IMG/VR virus record: IMGVR_UViG_3300029318_000057 | Location: 1-31,522 of that record | Strand: one strand, 5' to 3' | Source: a virus | Taxonomy: Duplodnaviria; Caudoviricetes | DNA: 31,522 nt | In this document: one piece after another, positions 17,987 to 25,575 of the stretch | How positions within the stretch are numbered: the stretch's first letter is position 1 | How the letters are laid out: each line of letters opens with the position of its first letter | The notes under the pieces: model-generated | Databases searched by the model: none | What the model saw: only the letters and a program-made list of their open reading frames with translations | What the model was told of the DNA's origin: nothing | Made by a program: the position numbers and the translations under genes

Positions 17987-18114
17987 TTCTACCAGTGAAA
18001 CCTTGAAAACCCTTGCAATGACTGGAATTTAGCGACTAGGCGCGTAAAATGCCATTAAACTGACAACCCAGTCAGGGCAACGGATCTCAGAGGCTTCTAC
18101 CAGTTTCTACCAGT
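17987..18114. mobile_element. Putative attP region with arm-type repeats
   Basis: TTCTACCAGT at 17987, 18095 and 18105 flanks an imperfect inverted 25-bp pair (18006-18030, 18063-18087); non-coding, upstream of int. Confidence 0.55.
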
Positions 18115-18207
18115 TGACACTTAAGGAGTCAAGTAACTGCAAACAACCCTGGCCCTGCTCCGGGGTGCCGTTGTATAGTCGCTCGGTGCTCACGGGCACA
18201 TCCATAT

Positions 18208-18280
18208 GGGGCCATAGCTCAGCTGGTAGAGCGCCTGCGTGGCACGCAGGAGGTCAGGAGTTCGAGCCTCCTTGGCTCCA
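18208..18280 (+). tRNA. tRNA-Ala(GGC)
   Basis: 73 nt; acceptor GGGGCCA/TGGCTCC with G3:U70; D arm GCTC/GAGC; anticodon stem CCTGC/GCAGG with GGC at 18241-18243; TTCGA T loop; CCA not encoded. TATAGT -10 candidate at 18174. Confidence 0.97.
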
Positions 18281-18283
18281 TTT

Positions 18284-18318
18284 GTATCGGTGCAAACAGT
18301 AGCGATTGCTACTAAACT
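18284..18318 (+). promoter_or_regulatory. NtcA box(es) abutting a -10 element
   Basis: Perfect GTAGCGATTGCTAC at 18299-18312; one-mismatch GTATCGGTGCAAAC at 18284-18297; TAAACT at 18313-18318. Confidence 0.7.
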
Positions 18319-18324
18319 GGGATT

Positions 18325-18378
18325 ACGTTGAGCCCCTCTAGGGCTGCACTGAATCCGACCAGGCAACGGGGGTCGGAC
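18325..18378 (+). ncRNA. Glutamine-II (Downstream-peptide) riboswitch
   Basis: P1 CGTTG(18326-30)/CAACG(18364-68); P2 AGCCC/GGGCT; pseudoknot TCCGACC(18354-60)/GGTCGGA(18371-77); precedes a YRGVxY peptide gene, as is typical for this class. Confidence 0.85.
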
Positions 18379-18392
18379 GCCATGGAGTCACC

Positions 18393-18521
18393 ATGAACGT
18401 GCTGGAAATCGTTCGGAACCGGACCAACAAGGAACAGGCCCTGAAAGCCGCTCAAAGGCAGCTCTGCTACCGCGGAGTGGTCTATGTCCAGAAGCCGTGT
18501 ACTTGCCGCCGTGAGAGCTGA
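18393..18521 (+). CDS. DUF4278-like small protein (42 aa, not in the ORF track)
   Basis: MNVLEIVRNRTNKEQALKAAQRQLCYRGVVYVQKPCTCRRES; LxYRGVxY motif; GGAG RBS at 18384. Confidence 0.85.
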   Translation: MNVLEIVRNRTNKEQALKAAQRQLCYRGVVYVQKPCTCRRES

Positions 18522-18580
18522 TTAAATCAGCACACGCTCACAGGAAAGACGGTTATATGGATTAGTCAAAAGTCGTTCAA

Positions 18581-18970
18581 ATGTTCAACACAGTTTCTGG
18601 GCGGGGTGATAACGCAGCTGTCGTAATCACCCCAAGCTCAGATCAACCAACAGTGTCGGCTACATATGACGCCACCTATGAATCTGAAGGCGGTGAACTA
18701 ACCCTTAATAAGGGAACAGTATCCGATCCAAGTCATTACAACAAAGGAGTAAGCCCATACGATGTTGCAAAAACAATGTATGGCGCTGAAGGTTTGCTTA
18801 AGTTTGTAACCGTAAACGCTGTAAAATATGTGAGTCGTTACCCCCACAAGTTCAGGGGAAATCCTAATAAGCAGCTTGATGATCTAGTAAAGGCCAAAAG
18901 AAGCCTTGAGACAGCGATTGAGCTACACAAAGAGATTTACGGCGATCAAAATACGCTGAGACATGGGTGA
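18581..18970 (+). CDS. DUF3310 (T7 gp1.7-like) domain protein
   Basis: VSDPSHY...F..VNAVKYVSRYPHK...DLVKA pattern. Confidence 0.75.
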   Translation: MFNTVSGRGDNAAVVITPSSDQPTVSATYDATYESEGGELTLNKGTVSDPSHYNKGVSPYDVAKTMYGAEGLLKFVTVNAVKYVSRYPHKFRGNPNKQLDDLVKAKRSLETAIELHKEIYGDQNTLRHG

Positions 18971-19160
18971 TTCAAAAGTAAAATATCTGCGCTTTCGTTA
19001 CACAGGAAGCTTGGATGATCTGAATTCGATTAAAGATCGAATCGAAGAAATCATGAAAGATGAAGGTTGGAAAAGGGGCTTTTCTGAAATGGCCCCTTTA
19101 GAATCCAATCAAAATATTTATGCTTGGGCGACCGGTTGGAAGAGGTATTTAGAGCCTTAA
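18963..19160 (+). CDS. Hypothetical protein
   Basis: 65 aa, overlaps the upstream stop. Confidence 0.7.
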   Translation: MGDSKVKYLRFRYTGSLDDLNSIKDRIEEIMKDEGWKRGFSEMAPLESNQNIYAWATGWKRYLEP

Positions 19161-19255
19161 TCGTCCAACATCAAGATCTCTACAACGATGATATAGGTCA
19201 CAAATATCATCAGAACCAAGATCATAAAAGCGATGTCATATGGAAAGCCATTCAT
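19157..19255 (-). CDS. Small single-pass membrane peptide (32 aa, not in the ORF track)
   Basis: MNGFPYDIAFMILVLMIFVTYIIVVEILMLDD; ATGA coupling with the upstream gene. Confidence 0.6.
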   Translation of the reverse strand: MNGFPYDIAFMILVLMIFVTYIIVVEILMLDD

Positions 19256-19389
19256 CGTTTGCCTTGTCCTCTATAGGGCTTTTTGTGTGGTGAACGTTTG
19301 GTTCTTCCGGTGGTTGTACGAACTCTTCGACCGTCACCAATCTTCGTTCGCTTAGGTTTTCCGGCAAATAAATTTGTTGAATAAAGCAT
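19252..19389 (-). CDS. Small very basic phage protein ending YRGQGKR (45 aa, not in the ORF track)
   Basis: MLYSTNLFAGKPKRTKIGDGRRVRTTTGRTKRSPHKKPYRGQGKR; starts 2 nt after the endolysin stop. Confidence 0.75.
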   Translation of the reverse strand: MLYSTNLFAGKPKRTKIGDGRRVRTTTGRTKRSPHKKPYRGQGKR

Positions 19390-19391
19390 AT

Positions 19392-20120
19392 TTAAACCAT
19401 GTATTTACGGCACTTGTCGTAAGCATCAAGGCGTTCGGCGTAATGATTCCATCCACCGTTGATGCGGTAACAACATGCGTCGATACCATCATTAAGACAC
19501 ACATTCAGCAAGTCGTTCTGCTGAATCCACGCGATTGCGCTTGAAAAAGGATACTTGACAGAAACGTAGTCAGCGCCCTCAGCAACAATCCGAGGGTCGT
19601 CAATGCCTTCGTTTTTCAACAACCACTGCTGAAAATTAATGTAATTATATTTACCTGTAAGTTGGATGACACCAGCCCCTTTCCACTTTTCTCCCTCGTT
19701 TGGGCCGTGGTTAAGGTCACTTCGACCGCGTAAATATAGTCCGTCGGACAACTCTTTTAACCAACGAAACCCCCCAGTTTCAATAATGAGGTTCGCCATC
19801 AACATTCGAGAAGGCTCAAGATGATCCGAAAAATTTGTCGCTTCAAACAGATAACTGCAGTCGTGACAGAACTCAACGCTAAATTTCCGCGCCGGACGGC
19901 CCGTAAGCTTCTCGAAAAGAAACGGGGTGAACTTCAACCCCACGTTTACATTCTTTTTTGACCTATACAAACGAGCCCATGCCGCGTAATCGCTCATGGT
20001 GTCAGGATCCAGCGACTCAACCTCCTCCTGCAAAAGATCTACGGCATCAACATGCAGGGGGTTTTCAGGGTCGTAATACTTGAAAAAATCTCGCAGCTTA
20101 TGCGGATCAAATCTACTCAT
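19392..20120 (-). CDS. Glycoside hydrolase family 19 endolysin
   Basis: ETGGF..LKE, KWKGAGVIQLTGKYNY, INGGWNHYAER. ATG 20120 (MSRFD) avoids a long overlap with 20113..20325. Confidence 0.88.
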   Translation of the reverse strand: MSRFDPHKLRDFFKYYDPENPLHVDAVDLLQEEVESLDPDTMSDYAAWARLYRSKKNVNVGLKFTPFLFEKLTGRPARKFSVEFCHDCSYLFEATNFSDHLEPSRMLMANLIIETGGFRWLKELSDGLYLRGRSDLNHGPNEGEKWKGAGVIQLTGKYNYINFQQWLLKNEGIDDPRIVAEGADYVSVKYPFSSAIAWIQQNDLLNVCLNDGIDACCYRINGGWNHYAERLDAYDKCRKYMV

Positions 20121-20325
20121 CTCTAGAAACAAATTTATAACGAACCTGGAGACTCCCGCCGAGCAGAGACTGCGCTTTAGATCCGTCAGGTTCATGTTCA
20201 ATAAATTCAGACTCAACCTCATCAACGGGTTGCGTCCGCAGAAACTCCTCTTCCGCTCTGTCTAATCGCAGAGGTAAGGACTTAAGAAATTTTTGATCGT
20301 TAATCCAACGACGTACTAGCGTCAA
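20113..20325 (-). CDS. Lysis-cluster hypothetical protein; possibly the -1 frameshift extension of 20370..20525
   Basis: Only a TTG start with no clear RBS; the frame stays open upstream to 20379. Confidence 0.65.
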   Translation of the reverse strand: MTLVRRWINDQKFLKSLPLRLDRAEEEFLRTQPVDEVESEFIEHEPDGSKAQSLLGGSLQVRYKFVSRDE

Positions 20326-20369
20326 GGTAGATCGAGAATAAAAGACAACTCGAATACCGGGACGCCAGC

Positions 20370-20525
20370 CTACTTTGATTTACGTCCTCTCAGAAGAGAA
20401 TCAAGGGCGGCAACCAGAAGCTGGAACATTCCATTTGCCTGAACCTTTTCGTTCGGAATAAGACTAAGGATTTCCGAAACAGCAGCAAGAACTACCCAAA
20501 AAATTGGAGACTCAATAATACCCAC
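20370..20525 (-). CDS. Holin-like small membrane protein (51 aa, not in the ORF track)
   Basis: MGIIESPIFWVVLAAVSEILSLIPNEKVQANGMFQLLVAALDSLLRGRKSK; two hydrophobic segments and a basic tail; upstream of the endolysin. Confidence 0.75.
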   Translation of the reverse strand: MGIIESPIFWVVLAAVSEILSLIPNEKVQANGMFQLLVAALDSLLRGRKSK

Positions 20526-20527
20526 GT

Positions 20528-20818
20528 TTATATTTGCGGTGGAGCTGTCTTATTGTAACCAATTAAAATTTGATCAAGTTTGTAATCCATTCGATCAATT
20601 CTTGCATCCAATCTTTCTAGGATGTTTTGCAAGTCGGTCTTATCAACATAATCCTGTGCGAGTCGCAATTCAATAGTATCCATACGTTTTTCGATTGACG
20701 CCACATGACCTTCTTGTTTTGACTCGATAGTCTCAAATTTACGGCCCAAGGTCACGGCAGCAGAAAGCGCACCACCCGCAATACCTAAAACAATGCTGAC
20801 AGGTAAAACAGGTTCCAA
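20528..20818 (-). CDS. Membrane-anchored coiled-coil protein (lysis cluster)
   Basis: N-terminal hydrophobic helix followed by heptads (LERLDARIDRMDYKLD). Confidence 0.75.
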   Translation of the reverse strand: MEPVLPVSIVLGIAGGALSAAVTLGRKFETIESKQEGHVASIEKRMDTIELRLAQDYVDKTDLQNILERLDARIDRMDYKLDQILIGYNKTAPPQI

Positions 20819-20883
20819 TTCACTAAACCCACTAACTTAATAATACCTTCGTTTACAATGAAATTAGTTACAGGACACTGTCC

Positions 20884-21225
20884 ATGGTTGAACCTGGGAT
20901 TTTAGACATAACAATTCATCAGGGCGCAACATTCAACCTGGACCTTCAGTATCTTGATTCAACAGGAGCTGGAGTTGATATGACAGGTTATTCAGTTGAA
21001 TCCAAGATTGCAGACATAACAGGCGCAAATACCCTTGCGACCTTTACAAGCACTTTTACAGACATAGCAGTCGGTAAGTTCAACCTGAAGCTGAGTTCCG
21101 CTGTAACTACTGGAATAACTCAGGAAGGATTATATGACGTTCTGGTGACAGAGCCTGCTGGAGAAAAATTCTTTTTAGTTCAGGGAAGAACAAAACTTGA
21201 TCCGGGTATCACAGGAGTTATCTAA
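20884..21225 (+). CDS. Virion beta-sandwich protein (baseplate/tail accessory-like)
   Basis: DITIHQGATF...DMTGYSV...YDVLVT...LVQG pattern common in phage tail modules. Confidence 0.7.
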   Translation: MVEPGILDITIHQGATFNLDLQYLDSTGAGVDMTGYSVESKIADITGANTLATFTSTFTDIAVGKFNLKLSSAVTTGITQEGLYDVLVTEPAGEKFFLVQGRTKLDPGITGVI

Positions 21226-21500
21226 TGGCTGATATAAAAGTCAACAAAGTATCAAATCTAATTCAAGTAACCAAGGTCGCGGCAGGCGTACAGGTTCAGA
21301 GTCAAGGACAAAAAGTAGTCGAAGTCTCAGCGGTAGGTCCGCAAGGGCCGCCATTTGTCGGTAGTAGTTTCTTTGATACAGGCGCAATAAATGCCCTTGG
21401 TTCGGGAGATATTGGCAAAGTGCTTAAATTTGACGGAACCCAGTTTATTCCGACAAACGAACTAGAAACAAACCTAACTATTAACGGCGGTGCATTCTGA
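21225..21500 (+). CDS. Tail-fibre-associated small protein
   Basis: Short collagen-like GPQGPP; GKVLKFDG; C-terminal INGGAF. Confidence 0.7.
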   Translation: MADIKVNKVSNLIQVTKVAAGVQVQSQGQKVVEVSAVGPQGPPFVGSSFFDTGAINALGSGDIGKVLKFDGTQFIPTNELETNLTINGGAF

Positions 21501-22396
21501 TGGCTGTAACACTAAAGATCAAGCGGCGAGCAAGCTCAGGTAATCCAGGCTCACCTGCAACGCTCAGCAGCGGAGAGTTGGCCTTTAATGAAAATACAAC
21601 CGACAAGCTGCTTTATTACGGTTACGGCGACGACGGCTCAGGTAACGCGACAAGCGTTATTGCCATCGGTGGTGAGTCAATCCCTAATTCAGGTCTTGAA
21701 AACAGCTCAGTCACAATCAACAGCAACGCCGTAGCACTGGGCGCTGCATTGACGTTGGATTCTGATGACTTGGGCGAAGGGTCAACAAATCTGTACTACA
21801 CAAATGCTCGATCTAGAGCTGCTCTTAGTGCATCAGGCGGCATCAGCTACAACAGCTCATCAGGTGCATTCACGCTGGGAAGTATTCCAAACGCTGCACT
21901 GGCAAACGGTTTTGTCACGGTTAATGGCGGCACCGTCAACCTGGGCGGAACCCTGACCATAGAAGGCACCTCGAATGAAGTCGATGTTGCTACGAGTGGC
22001 ACCACCGTCACAGTGGGCCTGCCAAACGATGTCACGATTGCCAATGATCTGACAGTTAGCGGGGATTTGACAGTCAATGGCACGTTGACAAGCATTTCCA
22101 CGTCTGAGGTTCGTGTTGAGGATCGCAATATCCTGCTGGGCGATACTTCTACACCAACAGACACAACAGCAAATCAGGGCGGTATCACCCTTGCTGGCGC
22201 AACAAATAAAACGATTCAGTGGTTGCAGACGACCGGTTCTTGGACCTTTAATCAACCAATCAATATCGTGAACAGCGGCACATTCCAGGTCGGTGGGACG
22301 CAGGTATTGAGTGCTTCCAGGGTGCTGTCGAATGTCGCTATCACTGGCTCCGGCAACACCATCGACAACGTGGTACTGGATGCGGGCACGTTCTGA
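21500..22396 (+). CDS. Tail fibre protein
   Basis: N-terminal IKRR...P.TLSSGELAFN; DDLGEGSTNLYYTNAR; G/T/S-rich beta repeats; C-terminal LDAGTF. Confidence 0.8.
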   Translation: MAVTLKIKRRASSGNPGSPATLSSGELAFNENTTDKLLYYGYGDDGSGNATSVIAIGGESIPNSGLENSSVTINSNAVALGAALTLDSDDLGEGSTNLYYTNARSRAALSASGGISYNSSSGAFTLGSIPNAALANGFVTVNGGTVNLGGTLTIEGTSNEVDVATSGTTVTVGLPNDVTIANDLTVSGDLTVNGTLTSISTSEVRVEDRNILLGDTSTPTDTTANQGGITLAGATNKTIQWLQTTGSWTFNQPINIVNSGTFQVGGTQVLSASRVLSNVAITGSGNTIDNVVLDAGTF

Positions 22397-22401
22397 GCAA
22401 T

Positions 22402-22430
22402 AAAAAAGGCTCGCCGGTTGTTGGCGAGCC
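22402..22430 (-). terminator. Rho-independent terminator between convergent genes
   Basis: Stem GGCTCGCC(22408-15)/GGCGAGCC(22423-30); A6 at 22402-07 gives a U tract on the minus strand. Confidence 0.85.
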
Positions 22431-22454
22431 AATGGAACTAAGACCCATAGGATC

Positions 22455-22964
22455 TTATGCGCCGGGTGCTTCGGGCCAGGTCACATCGTGGGGGAAGCCT
22501 GCAGATTCAGGAAGATCGCGCAACGACTGACGATACGCTGCCCATGCAGCTTGGTCGTCAGCAGAGAACGGTTGATCAGCAAGCTGCGTCCAGTCACATT
22601 CGGCAAGGCGGCTGTTACGAGCTGATCGAACAGTTTCTGCTGCACTGGCATCAATACCGGCTCTGTAGGCAGCCTCATTATCAGCAGCCGATGTAACGTT
22701 GCCGTCTGAATCAGTTGTGTCGGTAAAGGTCGGGCCTACGACATATTTGGTGAACCACTGACCATTGATTTGTTCCACGCCGTCACGAACGCTGATCTCA
22801 TACGGACCAGTAACGGTGGCTTGTGGTCCTTGAAGCAGTGGGTCGTAGCCGTATGAGTCGAGAACCTCAGCGGTAATCTGCTTAGGAAACGACGTATTTG
22901 GATAGGAAGCTTTGAATTGACTTACAGTTGTCAATTCTCCTGTAAGGCGTTGGCGAATTTCCAT
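22455..22964 (-). CDS. Tail fibre assembly chaperone-like protein
   Basis: C-terminal VRSARNSRLAECDWTQLAD...WAAYRQSLRDLP...WP motif. Confidence 0.85.
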   Translation of the reverse strand: MEIRQRLTGELTTVSQFKASYPNTSFPKQITAEVLDSYGYDPLLQGPQATVTGPYEISVRDGVEQINGQWFTKYVVGPTFTDTTDSDGNVTSAADNEAAYRAGIDASAAETVRSARNSRLAECDWTQLADQPFSADDQAAWAAYRQSLRDLPESAGFPHDVTWPEAPGA

Positions 22965-22984
22965 GATTAGTAAATAAAAATTAG

Positions 22985-24994
22985 TTAAGCGATTGCTAGG
23001 AATAAGAAAGTTTTACCAGATCCGTTTAGTAAATTAGATCCGGCAGTAGTCTTAACTGTGAAACCAGTGCTGTAAGGATCAACGTAATCAGTAGACCCTT
23101 GAGGGTCCGTGGTATTAAACCTCCTATAGTTGTCATTTCCCCCAGCTGAAATACCTTGAGCAGTATCAAAGAAGAACCAATCGCCATCGGCATCAATTCT
23201 TTTTATTAATATGAAACGTGCTCCAGAAGTGAAACCACAGTCAACGTTTACATCATAAGAAGAACCTGAAAATGTTCCAACCTTACTGATACCACTTAAG
23301 CTAGCAAACATGTATGCGAGGAATTTTTCACCCTGAGTATTAGTGTCCCCATTTGTCACGGTTGCGGTCTGGAAAGTAGTGGAAGTATGAGTTCCAAATA
23401 GCGTGTCAGAGTAGGCCGCATTGTTTGTATCTGGATTGAGTTTGATAACCATTCCAGATGCCCCATAATATACATACCAATCACCAGTATCGGAATACTT
23501 TTTAACAATTAAAAGCTCAGGATTTGCATTAAGTTTGTGCGGTATATTTCTATTTGCTAAACCATCACCAGTAAAAGTTACAATGTCGAAGAAGCCAGGT
23601 GCTCTTCTAAAATGAAGTGCTGAATAAGGCTGATTACTATAATTAGTGACTCCATAGCCATCATTCCCGTACGTTACACCGTTGGAGTTAAAAGCTCGAA
23701 ACAGGGCATCAGGAACGTTAGTTGCTTGAGATGCGCTGTTACCAGCGACTAGCCTTGAATCAGGCAGTCTAAGTTTGTCAAAGACGACTGTTCCGTTACC
23801 GCCAAAATTATTAATCTCAGTATTAATTAAAAGATCTGGCGCAAACGGAACATTGGTTGTTTTAAACACAGAACCTGTGCCAGTAAATGTCTTCGGTTCA
23901 AAAACCTCAGTACCGGCTGTGGGTGGTTTATGTGTTCTGGCAATCGCCATATAAATGTATTCACCGCCAGAAACGTTTCCAAAAACGCCATTAGTTCTTA
24001 GTTTGAATCCAGAGTGAGTAAAATTCAAACCAATATTATTGTCCCTAGTTTCACTATTAGTCTCGTCAAAAGCTAATGTTCTCGTATCATCAATAATATT
24101 GAAACCTGTTCCTCTAAGACTATCCATAACCATCCAACTTCCACCATATGCACCCCCAGAGCGAGTGGCACACCTCACCATCACAAATTGCGGCTCAAAC
24201 CCTAGATTAATTTCAGGACCATCAGAACTACCGTTACCTGTGTAGGAACCGCATTTGATAACGCCTTCATTTAATTGCTCGCCAAACCCCGAATCTCCGT
24301 GACCAAAAATATAGGCTACAAATCTATGGCCATTGTGGTTAGTTAAACTTCCAGACCCCACAGTAAAATGAGTGGCCGTAGGTTCAGTATCGTTCCAAGA
24401 CCCCGAATCTGTCTCGACAACATCAGTGCTTTGTAAGTGCAGGTGCTTGGTTGCGCCTGTAGATCGGTGGTAAACCGCCCACTCATGACCTGTACTGTCT
24501 AAACACTTAATCCATATCATCCCTGGCGAAATGCCAAGAGAATGAGCAATATTCCTGGCATTACCGTTACCTGTATATGTAACTACATCGAAAAATTTAG
24601 GGGCTTTTTTAAACGACCAAGTCATGTACTCATTTTGTGAGTAATTATTGGCATTTTCACCTGTATAGTTCAATCCCAGAGTAAAACCATCTGAGTTAAA
24701 CGAAGCAACTCCATAACCAGATGGAAATGATTGCTCTTGATTAGTCGTATTGAGACTTAGATATTTACTACTACCTCTCTCGGTATCAACAGCAATCCAT
24801 GGCAGGTTTCCATTTCTATGCTTAAAAATTACAAGCCCACCATCACCAGCAAAATCAATACCATTACTTACACCAGAAACAGCATCATTACCTGTACGGT
24901 CATAAAGTTTGAAAAGATCATCGATATAAACTGGATCTCCTAAAGCAGCGCCACCAGCAGCCGCTAGAACAAGCTTTGAAGTATTAATATCCAT
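22985..24994 (-). CDS. Large tail-fibre/virion protein, cassette copy 3 (669 aa)
   Basis: Paralog of 25576..27552 and 28130..30085; internal duplication (FFDVVTYTG / FFDIVTFTG; YMAI / FLAIA). ATG 24994 matches the paralogs' MD start. Confidence 0.8.
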   Translation of the reverse strand: MDINTSKLVLAAAGGAALGDPVYIDDLFKLYDRTGNDAVSGVSNGIDFAGDGGLVIFKHRNGNLPWIAVDTERGSSKYLSLNTTNQEQSFPSGYGVASFNSDGFTLGLNYTGENANNYSQNEYMTWSFKKAPKFFDVVTYTGNGNARNIAHSLGISPGMIWIKCLDSTGHEWAVYHRSTGATKHLHLQSTDVVETDSGSWNDTEPTATHFTVGSGSLTNHNGHRFVAYIFGHGDSGFGEQLNEGVIKCGSYTGNGSSDGPEINLGFEPQFVMVRCATRSGGAYGGSWMVMDSLRGTGFNIIDDTRTLAFDETNSETRDNNIGLNFTHSGFKLRTNGVFGNVSGGEYIYMAIARTHKPPTAGTEVFEPKTFTGTGSVFKTTNVPFAPDLLINTEINNFGGNGTVVFDKLRLPDSRLVAGNSASQATNVPDALFRAFNSNGVTYGNDGYGVTNYSNQPYSALHFRRAPGFFDIVTFTGDGLANRNIPHKLNANPELLIVKKYSDTGDWYVYYGASGMVIKLNPDTNNAAYSDTLFGTHTSTTFQTATVTNGDTNTQGEKFLAYMFASLSGISKVGTFSGSSYDVNVDCGFTSGARFILIKRIDADGDWFFFDTAQGISAGGNDNYRRFNTTDPQGSTDYVDPYSTGFTVKTTAGSNLLNGSGKTFLFLAIA

Positions 24995-25002
24995 TAGACG
25001 CC

Positions 25003-25488
25003 TCAGTTCACATAATCGACAAGCGCAGCACCGCGCCAACGAACGCCACCGTCATCAGTTACAAAAACAAAGACGTGAGTTCGACCAGATGTCAGTGTTG
25101 GCGGCGTATCAGCAGGCCACTTGATTGAAGCTGGCCATGTAAGAGTGCCGGATGTGTGGGTAATTTCCAAGGCGAATGTGAAGGCCACAGAAGCCGGTAC
25201 ATTTGAAATTGTGAACGTAGTATTCCCGTTGCACGTCTTGGTAAAGTAATTCCCATCACGGCAATCAATGTCATACCCGGAAAGGGCGATGGCATTAGAA
25301 ACAACATTGCCTAAGCAAGCCAAGCCATTGGCATTTACTTCGATAATGTTTGCGCCGCCAGACACAAAACGGCTGGAAGTCGAATCGAAATAAAGACCGC
25401 TAGTACCTTGAGTTCCCTTGATAGCCGGAGAAGTGGCGGAACCATCAATACCGGAAATACCTGTATCCCCGTCAAGACTTAGTGCCAT
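25003..25488 (-). CDS. Small tail-fibre protein, cassette copy 3
   Basis: GISGIDGSATSPA, DIDC..GNYFTKT and TWPASIKWP..T.PTLT motifs shared with the two paralogs. Confidence 0.8.
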   Translation of the reverse strand: MALSLDGDTGISGIDGSATSPAIKGTQGTSGLYFDSTSSRFVSGGANIIEVNANGLACLGNVVSNAIALSGYDIDCRDGNYFTKTCNGNTTFTISNVPASVAFTFALEITHTSGTLTWPASIKWPADTPPTLTSGRTHVFVFVTDDGGVRWRGAALVDYVN

Positions 25489-25566
25489 AATAAAAAATTA
25501 AAAAGGGTTAAAGGCGTTAGTTATATTGCCTTGAATGCAATACTTTCCTCAGAATAATTATACTGG
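25489..25566 (-). repeat. Conserved inter-cassette spacer, copy A (78 bp)
   Basis: Identical to 28042-28120 except for one missing base; TATAAT on the minus strand; TATTGC/GCAATA hairpin. Confidence 0.95.
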
Positions 25567-25575
25567 CTTCTGTGA

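Noticed and set aside
18114-18302. 62-aa ORF
   Set aside because: It overlaps the well-formed tRNA-Ala gene.
18208-18521. Prophage-host boundary at the tRNA
   Set aside because: Lysis and tail genes continue to the right, so both sides are phage.
19392-25039. Track starts at 20225 (endolysin) and 25039 (large fibre copy 3)
   Set aside because: Both overlap upstream genes. ATG 24994 matches the paralogs' starts, and ATG 20120 couples with the upstream stop.
25505-25553. Hammerhead ribozyme in the spacer (CTGAGGA on the minus strand followed by a hairpin)
   Set aside because: There is no GAAA after the putative stem II and no stems I and III can be formed.
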